A DNA stretch of 64,000 bases from Callorhinchus milii. Its lineage: Eukaryota. Both the position numbers and the translations under genes were made by a program. The stretch is from assembly GCF_018977255.1 (NCBI RefSeq), contig NW_024704750.1, forward strand, positions 8,370,001-8,434,000, given 5' to 3'. This document shows positions 50,905 to 62,055 of the stretch, in pieces; the stretch's first letter is position 1; the number at the start of each line of letters is the position of its first letter. The notes beneath the pieces are model-generated. The model was not told where the DNA came from. It saw nothing but the letters and a program-made list of their open reading frames with translations, and searched no databases.

Positions 50905-51107
50905 CTTTGGATACTGCCTCAAGAAATTCACAGCTTCCTCAAAATATTCCAGATTGAAGTCATTAATTTCCTTTGGAAGATCATCATAGCCAAAATAGCC
51001 TAAAGCCAGTGTAACAAATCCATGATTTGCAAATAGACAAGCCCTGTGTTCAATTAGCCCACCGACTGACCCATACATATCAACAACCCCTGGAAATGGA
51101 CCATCAC
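50905..51107 (-). CDS. ACOT copy D exon 2 (203 nt)
   Basis: CTAG acceptor, AAG|GTAAGA donor; [30 protein letters not shown]...[16 protein letters not shown]. Confidence 0.93.
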
Positions 51108-51570
51108 CTAGTAAATTAAAACACAACATATTGCAAATTATTTGTCAGTAGTTAAAGTTTGGAAACATCATTTCAATAGTCATATTCAGAAAGATTAGAT
51201 GATTGAATCAAAATATATAGATATTGATTCAATATAAATATATATTGATATACACATTTGTACATATAATAATCCTTGCATTTGATATAGCTCATCATCG
51301 TGTTGTGGAAACATCTCAAAGCACTTCATAGGATATATTGTAACTGCATTTTGTGGGCGAATGAATGATTCAATATATACATTCGCCGGCGTTTTCTAAA
51401 ATGAAGCACGTACACAATACCTGTGGAAACTTCACTTTAAAATAAGAAACTTGGGACATCTACTCCCTCTCCATTTGCAGAGTTTTTAAAAGAACCGGGT
51501 CCAAGAATTGCAGATGAACACAAAACAACCTATGTTGGAACTGCAAACGCTGCCATTCTGACAATTTTAC

Positions 51571-52144
51571 CGGGTGGCACGAAGAGAGTCCCTCTGATGT
51601 TGCCCTCTCTCACTGGGATCCTCTTCACTCCTTCCCTCATAAACCACCGCTCGTTGGTGCCCTTCGCCAAAGACTGGTCGAGCTGCTGCTCTCGGCTCCG
51701 GTGGCCATCGAACACCTCGATGTCTACGCACAGCGGAGAGTTGGCCACGTCCCTCTTCACCAGGCGGGTGAATGGCGTCCTGGGTATGAGTGACCAGAAC
51801 AGCCCCATGGGCTCAATCCCGGAGTAGTGTCCACCCAGGGACGGGGACCGGGACAGGTCCAGCTCTCCCCGCTCGTCAGCCTCGTAGTAGGCGAACGATT
51901 CGAAGGTCTCCCCCTTCTCGTCCGTGAGCGAAGCCTTCATCGTGACCTGTTGGAGCGGAGAGAGACCGTCCGCCCGGATCTGGAGCGGGTCATCAAACAG
52001 ACACTTGGCGCTGGGGAGGAGGTGGACGGTCACGGCCCTCCCGGCGCGCTGACCCCGCGGGGCCGCGCTCCTGCACCTGCCGCTGAGCAGCGACAGAGCC
52101 GCCGCCGCCGCCGCTCGTCCCCCGGGTCTGCGGCACAGGTACAT
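51571..52144 (-). CDS. ACOT copy D exon 1 (574 nt), nearly identical to copy A exon 1
   Basis: ATG 52144 MYLCRRPGGRA6LSLL...RGTLFVPP; G|GTAAAA donor. Confidence 0.9.
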
Positions 52145-52465
52145 CCCAACCGCCAACTTCAGATGTCCAGTTCCCCCAAAACCGCAGTAAATATGGCGTC
52201 GGAGTGACCGCTTGACCAGTGAACGCCGCCGGGCGTTATGGGAGATGGAGTTCGCCAGGTCTGGGAGAAACTTCACCTCCCAGCAGCTCCCGCTCCCCCT
52301 CCCCCGCCGCGTCACCGGAGGCCCCCCCCACCCCGAGGCGGTGCTGGTCACGTGTTGACCGCTCGCTCGGTGTTCTGGGCTCCTCTCGACGGCCTTGAAG
52401 CATCTCTTTATCCCTCAAGATTAAGAAAATGTGCCAATGAACTCCATTTGCACACTTATCCCTTT

Positions 52466-52593
52466 GGGAGGATTCCCGTGGGAGGCCTCAGTGGGAGGAT
52501 GCCGGTGGGAGGCCTCAGTGGGAGGATGCCGGTGGGAGGCCTCAGTGGGAGGATGCCGGTGGGAGGCCTCAGTGTGAGGATGCCTGTGGGAGG
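52466..52593. repeat. 27-bp minisatellite, about 5 copies, upstream of ACOT-D
   Basis: Unit gtgggaggatgccggtgggaggcctca; seen in the ORF track as (GRMPVGGLS)n. Confidence 0.92.
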
Positions 52594-55559
52594 GCTCCTG
52601 GCACACAGACAGACATTTTCTCTCTATAAGTGTAAGATAGGTGTATCGCTCCCGTATTAGTACAGATAATAATCCGGTGCCTTATCACCCCTTAAATAGC
52701 GCCCCGCTCGCAGGGTGGTGTCCCAGAATGCTTGACAGTGGCGGAGCACAACGGGAGGGGCAGGAAGGGAAGGGAAACTGGTCTCTTGCACAAAGCCTTG
52801 ACGTTGGGTCATTGACGTTGAGAGCTTCCCAAAGTATTGGATGTTAAATGACTGAAGAATTTAATAGCGCCTTGGGACATCCTCTTGACATGAAAGGCTG
52901 TATACAAATGTAATTTGTTGTTGTTGAAGAAAGTAGACCCTCACCCCACACCCACACTTTCTCATAATGCCTTTTAAAGGGTTCAGGTAGCTAAGTTAAC
53001 TTACCGTGTTTTAGGTCAATTATTTGAGACGTCTCAAAGATAATGACAAGGCGCTATATCAAGTGCAAGGATTATTATTATTATAGTTGTTGTGGCTCTA
53101 CTTTAGAGAGCGGCTCAGCCAAGTTGCTAATGAAGGACCATGACCCGGAACCCGGTCCGCCTTTCCTCTCACTAACCCTGGTAAGGCCAGGGCGAATTTT
53201 TCACCTCCCCATGCAGTCCAACAGACAAGCAAACACTGGGATTTGAAAGTACAATAGAATACAGTATATACTGAAGCAACTGCAATGCATTGCAATCACG
53301 CAACAGATAACTTTAAAAACAAGTTAGTTCAAATATATGGTAAATTCTGAGAAATTAAATATGCATGAATTGACCCACAAAATACAGTAAGTCCACTTTA
53401 CAGTTTATCATGGGAAGCGCTTTTGAGACAAAATACAAGGATTATTATATTATGATATATTAATGTGAAGTTTCTGAATTAAAACATTTTCCACACAATG
53501 ACTAAGAATGATTTATGAGAGCCTTTAAATGGAAGTCCGAATGATGAATAGATATAATTTGTGCCAAGCTGCAGGGGATATAAACAAAACTGAACTGCAT
53601 TGGTCTGCAAATTCACTATTACGATACTTTCCAACATTTCCCTAAAGCCTTTTCTGGTTTTTGCCTTTAGGTGGCAGTATCAAACTGTTTTAGAGGTCTA
53701 ATTTTTTGGTCAGCCGGGTGTCTGACGTATGTGGCAACCCATCATCACCATGCATAAGAATATCCAAGCCAAGCTGAGATTTCCGTGCATCCCACCAACA
53801 CATTTAAGAGTCTACAGCAGCAATAGGATTGTGCCATTTAACTCTACATCAAACCAAATAACTTAATTGATTTGTGACTGAACGGGTTGGTTTGGAATCA
53901 TGTAGTATGTACATAGATTTTACCTGGCTGTTCAGACTCTGTCAAAGACTAGTGACATATTAAGCAATGAAATGTATCTTTAGACTTGTTTAGTGTAAGG
54001 GTGATGGCAGATATTATTTGAGTGCCAAATACAATCAGGACAAGATGAGGTGTGTGCTTAACAATTGCTGGTTAATTGTGTATTCACCATCTTACAAAGG
54101 ATTGCTTTTCATCTCGTGATGAATTATTGCAAAGCCTCATCAGTCAATGTTTTGGACATTCTAGGAATTTAAATACCCATTGTGAATGGTGCAATTTTCC
54201 TATAATTTTTCATTACGTTACAATATAAGTCGTTTATTCGTGTGAATTATGCAGAGTAATTGTGTTTTGGAAATGCATTACTGGAACCATAAACATCTTG
54301 AAACATATGGAAATCAGACCATTATGTGCTCACTTTAAAGTTAATTAACTTCAAAAAGCAAAAAAAGCATGGTAGTGGAGTTGTAAAATTCAGCACATTC
54401 ACAGGGGTCTCTTATTTACTCCCCCATGATCGCTAACACACATCTGGACTTTTGATGCACACTAGAAGAGAAATTCATGTTTTGTTTTTGTAATGCCATT
54501 AGACAAGCAACACTCACTTCAAATATGTTGTATATTATTGTTTCCTTCAATTATGTTGTGCATTATTTGGTTAAATGTTTTGACTTCAATTTTGACCTTC
54601 AAAGTTGCCTAAATAAGAAGGCGTCCTCAGGAGTGCAGTATAAGGTCAACCCTCCAATTGTACCAGTACTCTGTCAAATACTTTCATTCATGATTGTGCT
54701 CCATTTCTGGTCTGTCTGATAATATCATTATACAGTTTCTCCCTTCTGTTGCCGCCAAATTTCTAACCTCCAGCTATATTTCAATCTTCATCTTTCATTG
54801 TGTTTATTTCTCGCCTCTTGTTTATGTCTCGTCTCTTGCTTCATTGTTCATTTGAACCTAGCTTCCATTGTCTATCTCTGTTTTATATTGTATTCTGCAT
54901 TCTCTCTCTTCATTTTTATCTTTTTCCTTTTTTTAATTCAACTAAATCCTATTGCCTGTCCTTTGTGTTTAGGTTTTGCATTGCTTATCTCTCTCTTAAA
55001 TGTTTTGAAGAATGGGACATAGCAGAAGAATCCCCAGCCAGGTTTAACCCATTATTCAATATAAACCAATATATGTTCATATAACCACCCCACATTCACT
55101 GCATAAAAGTTGAGCTTAGACATCCAATAATGGGAGTGAAATTGCTGTCCAAAGTTTTGGCAGATCATGTGGAAGAGAAGAATCATCAACTTATTTGTAA
55201 AAGGTGATTCATATAATCAGGGCTGGATGGGTCATAAATAGCCATAAAAGTCACCAACAATCAAGTACCAGCGTTATAAATAGTGAAAGAGAGTGAAAAG
55301 TGATCTTGGTAAAAGATTCAAACACCAGACACCTTTTAATGAATTCTGAATCCAAACATGTGGGACAATTCTGAAATGAACTTCAGTGCAAAAATGCCAA
55401 ATCTTACCTTTTTAACCTTACCTTAAGTTGTGTCTCCTCAAGGAGAAATCGAAATATTCATTGTACAACAAAGACAGTATGTAGACAGGTGGTGGGTGAA
55501 CCTGCACACATCTGTTAAGGCATTTTGCCAGTGTGCTCGGAGCCAAAAGAAAGGTATCT

Positions 55560-55860
55560 GTGACCTGCTAACCCCATATCTACATGTCGGTCTACTCCCC
55601 CATTGGCGGTCGGGCCTTCAGTCTCTCTGCCACTACCCTTTGGAACTCCATCGGATATTCCCTTTGCCTCGCTCCCTCCCTTGCCTCCTTCAAGGCACAC
55701 CTCAAGATCCTCCTCTTCACCCGTGCGTTCGGCCACCCTACTACCCTTCCAAACCTTCACCCTCCTTGATCCCAACCCTCTGCTCGGGTCCAAATCCCTG
55801 ACTGTCCAGCACCTTGGGACGTCTTCCTGACGTAAAAGGTACTATACAAGTGTAATTTTC
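55560..55860 (+). mobile_element. L2 LINE 3' end fragment
   Basis: IGGRAFSLSATTLWNSI...ASFKAHLKILLF; family tail gcaccttgggacgtcttcctgacgtaaaaggtactatacaagtgtaa. Confidence 0.88.
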
Positions 55861-57711
55861 TTTGTATTTTGTATTGTATCTTCCATATTTTTACACAGTT
55901 GTTTTCTAACCAGAAATATTTAATATTTCCTTAAATGACAAATGTCCAGCAAGTTACATGTTAAAATGTTTCTGCTGTAATAGGCAAACAAACACATTGC
56001 TCTATGTTATTAGGAATACAAAAAGAGGCAACATTTTCTCACATTCTCCTCTGACCCAAGTATGTATCTATATTTTATATATACTTTCAGAATAATAAAC
56101 CAAAAATAAAAATATTTAAGTATCAGCTTGTTTCCAAAATTCCAAATATAATGCTTCAGTTGCAGTGTTTAAATCATACTCATATAATTTACCATTTAAA
56201 ATTAATGTGTGTTCATATCATCTTTAGAGCAGTATGTTGCTTCAGTATGTTTTTTTAAAAAATATATGTTCTGTTTGTTTTTAATGATAAAAATCCTATT
56301 TCTACCAACTAGAGGACAATTTTACACAGAGCTTCCAGGTCATTTCCTAGCATAACAAATATGTCCAGGGCCATTTTGTATTAGTATGTTCATAAATATT
56401 ATTCATAGATACAAGCCAAAACACCGGAATGTGCTCTCATACTTAAATATTTATGAGTATATGACTCAGTCACTCTTCAAACCCACAGTCTAGTCAGCCT
56501 TCCGACCGTGCAAGCTCTTGTAATGAAATCATATAACCTTAGCAATTCACGTTAAGACCACTCTCATACAGTGTTCACACATTCTGCTGTTAGTGTATCA
56601 CTCATATTCTTGATGTTCTCATGCAGCCAATCTATTTCAATCTCTTGCACTGGGTTATCCATTAAGAATGTTACATAAATTATTAACCACTTGAAGAAAC
56701 CAGAGTTTTAATTCCTGGCAGCCTGGAAATCATAAATATCCATCTTGGCATTACAATGTGATATTGCACCATTTTATTCGCAGAAAGCCAATTGCCAACT
56801 GGCATGAAGCACAAGCCTTCAATATAAATTGTATCAGCAGAGTTTTTCTTTGGAAATAAATCTGTAACAGTGACAACAAAAGTAGGCAACCGTGAATGTT
56901 AAGGATTAGTAGGAGTTATTTATCAGATAGATGGATGTCTAGCTGAAGTCCGATAAAAACAACTCACGTTAAAAAAGTCAGGATTTTAAAAAGATTTTCA
57001 TTGTAAACTTATCATTGATAATGTGAAATGCATACATAATGAGCTTCATGGGTGATCATATTAAAATAGAAATAACTAATGTCTGACTTTTTTCCATTGA
57101 TACTGAACGTGACACTTAAACATCACAGAATTAGTGATTATAAAAAGTTTTAAAAAGAATCCACTACGGTGTCATAAATAGCAGATGGCACATATAATAC
57201 TGCGTAAAAAAGCAGCATGGAAGTGAATAAAAAAAACTTTTGAATATGAAAGACTGTCTGTCTTTAATTTTGTCAACCTTTTAAACCCATGGTTTAGCAC
57301 AACTACTTGAGATGATTATTTCCCAAGTAGAAATTTCCTTAACTATCCATTGAAAAATGTAGAAGAAATTGTCAATTAATATTCGAATTGCCGAAATGAA
57401 AGAGTGAGTACTAAATAGAATGCATGTGCTTTATTCTTTTCAAGCCTTGAAAAAAGTAACTTGTTTATGTTCACTTCAAACTGAAATATACTTATCGTTG
57501 GCTGGTCTCAGTTTCCATGGTCTATTTAATTTTGAGAATCAATAAAGTGTAATGGGAGGAAAATAGTATAGGATATTAATTTGACAACTGGTAGATGAAT
57601 AAAACAAAGAGAAAATGTTAGTTTTTTCCATGGTGAATTGTACATTATTAATGATACCACTACCTATGGGAGACTTGAACTGACACAGCCTACTGCAATT
57701 CTGCGTACAGA

Positions 57712-58128
57712 AAATAATAAGAATCCTTGCATTTGATATAACACTTTAGCATGATGAGACATCAGTGTAAAGTGAACTGTGTATTTTGTGGTCGAAACCA
57801 ATATGAGATTGGGAAGGCTTCCACTTAGGGAGAGGAATTCTTACAAAAATTTTCTTCGGGCAGATTTTGTACCACTCTATTTTGCCATCAGCAGTAATGT
57901 GGAAAAGGGATTTTCTGCTTTCCTTTGTATTTTGGTAAAAGTATTTATAACCAGGCAATCAATTTAACTTATTTAAGAATTTAACTTATTGCTGTGGGCA
58001 ATTGGCTGTCGTGTTTCGCCCACAAAATATACAGTCAATTTACTTTACAGTATATGTTCTGTGAAGCGCTTTAAGACATCTCGAAGACGTTTAAGGCGCT
58101 ATATCAAATGCAAGAATTATTATTATTA
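57712..58128. mobile_element. Two oppositely oriented SINE 3' fragments (about 57712-57800 minus, 57990-58128 plus)
   Basis: Both carry the tatcaaatgcaag(g)attatt tail and part of the Deu core. Confidence 0.7.
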
Positions 58129-61100
58129 GTTATAATGTCAAATAGAACTAGCTGGAGCTTGGTTGTCCACCAGTTCAGCAAGACATGAACGAGCTTTGGA
58201 TTCCAGTCTGGATCAGTATGTACACTCATGATTTCCTCAGAAGGCAAGTTGTTGTTGACATCAGTTGCTCATCCGGGGCACTTACTGACAATAGAAAATC
58301 TCTTACACTGCAAACTCAGAATCTGGGAAAGAAGCATGAGAAGGGGAAGGGAAGGAAAAGGATTGAGACAGAAAGATCAAATAAAAGAATGACATAACCA
58401 TAAAACACAGGTACAAGAGAGAAAAAAATTGAGAAACAAATAATACCATGTCATTAAAGTAATTTTCTTTGTTCTGATAATTTAATGCTGGGTTTCCAAC
58501 AATTGGTAAAAGGTATAGTATAAATAGCTAGATAATTTAGAAAACTGTGGTAGAGAGGAAAACTAGGTGGTGAATTCTGAGACCATGAGGTCAATGAAAA
58601 TAAGTAAACATTCTTCCTGGGAATGCAATTTCATCATCCTACCCCTTTAGGCCAGTCACAGAAAAGATACGTAGCCTGAAGAAATACCTGTGCCCAACCA
58701 TTGATTTTCTGAGCCAGAATCTTGGGTGTAGGCCTTCAGCTACAAATAGGAGTGAAGTTTGATGATTAAAAATCCAATAAATTATATTAAAACAATTTCC
58801 AAAAGGGCATTTGGACAATATTCAACATTTCTTTGTGTTGTTTTGAGGTAGTTGACATACTGCGAGACTGGTTGTGGACTTAGCACAAACTGAAGTTGGT
58901 GACATTTGTTTATTTTTCTCTTTGTTTCTTTGGGACACATTCTCCAATTATGACAGCCCTGTGCTCATCTTCAACACATTTCCCCAGAAAGTAACCTAAG
59001 GTTTGCAATGTCAGTGATGCCACTGATGCCAGTGAATCTAGCAGTTCTTGGAACATCTCCCACAATGGCAGGCACGCCAAACATGAGTGGAAATCCTTCC
59101 TTTGCACCTCAGAAGATTTTTATATTTCCGTGGAACACCTGTTATATTTTATCTTGGCTACACTACATCACATGCCAGGATACCCAAATTGACTCCTGTC
59201 CAGTACTATACACCTAAACCAGTTTTCCATATCTACAGATTTTCCTACAGTTCACAATGTAATAGAGCTAAATTAATCATAGAAAAGAATGTTCAAAAGA
59301 ACAAGTATTAACAGAGATTTGCATTCATTAATGACAGCCAATTTCAAAGGGGCAGCACCAGAACCAAGTGTTTGAAAAATCCTCTTGGGAAGGTTGAAAA
59401 ATCAGAGTCACTATCATCAAGATGCAAGGGCTGGAATAACGTGCATTACCACATTTTTTAAAAAAAAAGCAAATGGAAGAAAGTTTGCTAAATTTATTTC
59501 CCTGAAGACTTTGTAATTTTAAGCCCACCAACAGGTTTTGATTCGAAAATTATCCCCAAGTGTTCCGTGCAAATGACACCACAGGTTGATCAACAAATTG
59601 AGCAGCCTCACAAGACATCTTGGCATATAATTAGGTTTTCCCTTGTAACCTGATGAGAAATGCTAGGGCCATGCTTCTCAGTCTGAGGTTCAGCTGAGCA
59701 CAAGATGAACAACAACAAATTGCATTTATAGATAGCCTTTCACGTTGGGAGGATGTCCAAAGAATAACCAATGGCTGTGTGAAAAGCTGGCTTTACAAAA
59801 CATAGCTTCATTTTCAAAGCTTCATACACTAGCTCTTAAGCAGCAACTGCCTGGCTGCCTGGTTATACATTTTGTACTTGTTGTCTTGCCTTAATCAAAA
59901 TATTTAAAGTGTCATTGTTTCTATACTTTTTTTGCATGTGTTTACACTTATTGTCATTCTGTGAGGAATAACACACAGGAAGACGATCCAAGCTTTTATA
60001 AGAATAACAGACTACACAAATAAGATCCCATCAAACATCATGCTGTTTTCTCAAATTCATCAACAGTGTATCACCCATTACAAGTATCGCACTTTAGATA
60101 TGTTTTCCCTGAACTGAAAATGAATGAGAAACTTGTTGCTTAATAATGAATGCAACAATTTTTTTTAAACAACAAAACCTGTTTTATGTGTTTATCTGAG
60201 GTTTTAGTGTGTGCATCTCATTCAACCTTGAATTGGCATTGAGAATAATCTGCGCTCCATTTTGTTTTAAAATAAGTTGAAATTGAACAAAACTACATTG
60301 AAGTGTTTCACTTGCACTAGTTTCTTTAACAAGCAAAGGTCATCACAGATTCATAAGACTTCCACACTGTTTTTTATTTAGATAAGTAAAAGTCTTTTTA
60401 CTAATTACAACGCAGCTGCTAGGCCAATGTGCATTTACAAGTGCTGCTACACACTGAAGTAAATAAATAAGCATTTTAGAAATCTATGTTTCAACAGTAA
60501 AGAATTAACAAAATAAATCCATTAAGAACTTACATAAAAAGTACAGCAAAGGGGTTTACAGGTTTTGTTTAAAAGATATTTATCTGCCAACAGCATTACC
60601 TCAGCGAAAGGGCCAGCAACCAATGCATAGCCAAAGAGCTCTGCCACACCTTCTCCTCATATTGGACTGTTGACCACAGTAAGTGAAATGGAGGTAAACA
60701 GAATCGTTAAGCCCTCTGCTATTCTTCTATACAGATTCTACTTAGATTAATAAATAAAGCTATTTGAAAAAATAAATTAAGAAACTCTCCTCCCTTTTGC
60801 TTAATTATCTGCAAACTAAGTATCTACAAAAATACTTGCGACTTCTTACAACTTAGATGCTCACAACCCGGAATTAATAATAGGGCTACTTTCAAAATCA
60901 TTAAAATCATTAGTAACATTGACGACAAAGTGCCACAGCTTACTGACATAATCCCCAACCCCCCCCCCCCCCAGGTTTATAACCAGAGCAGCCACAACAT
61001 TTCACCCTTGCTTGATGCTTCAAAATACAATGCGTATTTTGACAGTCATTTTATCCACAACTTTAGCTATTGAGAGTGTTTGGAGAGGCATGTGTGTTCT

Positions 61101-61687
61101 TCTCCATTCTGCTGTTACTTATTCTGAATTTTTGATTGCTTGTCCCCTCCCCACCTATACCATCACCATGTCTCTAAACTATTTTAGGAGACTCTCGGCT
61201 AGAGATTGCAACAGCAGGAGCAAGCTTATCCTGCCTCACCAAATCAATCAACACTTTTAACTTAAAAGCTGATGATGCACTCCTGTCGATGTTTTTCCCT
61301 CTATTTGGCATTTCTATTGAGCTCTGTTTTTTAGCCAACCAAAAAAGCAGCAATGCTTAGTTCATTATTTAAAAAAAATGGAATGACAAACTGCCCACAA
61401 ACAAAAATTGTGGATACATTCAACGTAATGAAAACATATACAGAGTACTGATATAGGAATCGATACACCAGGTGAAACACTGTCATAGCAAGTTTTAACA
61501 GCAATATTAGTAATACTACAGTTAAATAAATCTGACTGCTGGAAGAGGAGTGTTCATTAGGGCCAGACCATTCTGGTATCAGCCATCTATCGTATTGAAA
61601 TCTATTGGCATCTTCTGTGTCAAATCACAGTAACATCTTTAGAAGATGCAAAACTGCACCAGAAGAAAGACTACAGCAAATGCTATT

Positions 61688-62055
61688 ATAATAATCCTTG
61701 CATTTGATTTATCCCCTTATCACGTCTTTGAGACGTCTCAAAGCGCTTCACAGAATATACTGTAAAGTGAATTGACTGAGTATTTTGTGGGTGAAATGCA
61801 GCAGCCATTTGTGCACAACAGTGCCCCACAAACAATTGTGGGTTGAATGACCAATTTATTATTATTTGTTTTTGCAGAGATTATTACCCCTGGAAACATG
61901 ATCCGTCAATCGACTAACAACCGGGTTCCTATTTACTGTTAGGTAAACAGAGGCGTGTGGAGTAAGGAAACTTGCCCAACATTTTGCCCTGCCGGGAATC
62001 AAACCCAGGCCTCTTGCTTATGAGGCGAGTGCTCTAACCACTGAACTAAAGGATT
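61688..62055 (-). mobile_element. Full-length tRNA/Deu SINE, long variant
   Basis: Tail, Deu core, extra ~65-nt internal segment and tRNA-like head (TAGTTCAGTGGTTAGAGCACTCGCC). Confidence 0.9.

Noticed and set aside
26334-52144. Assignment as BAAT or as a specific ACOT1/2/4 ortholog
   Set aside because: All copies have a Ser nucleophile, whereas mammalian BAAT has Cys; one-to-one orthology needs a tree, so no symbol is given
52145-52351. N-terminal extension of ACOT-D shown in the ORF track (MTSTASG...)
   Set aside because: GTG start, no homology to the paralogs; an open frame is expected in GC-rich DNA
52466-52593. CRISPR-like array or repeat protein (GRMPVGGLS)n
   Set aside because: Head-to-tail units with no unique spacers in a vertebrate context; an ordinary VNTR
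53755-53795. Short similarity to 43760-43806 (WD.RKSQLGLD) suggesting a coding exon
   Set aside because: Inverted short match with stops nearby; more likely remnants of an old dispersed repeat
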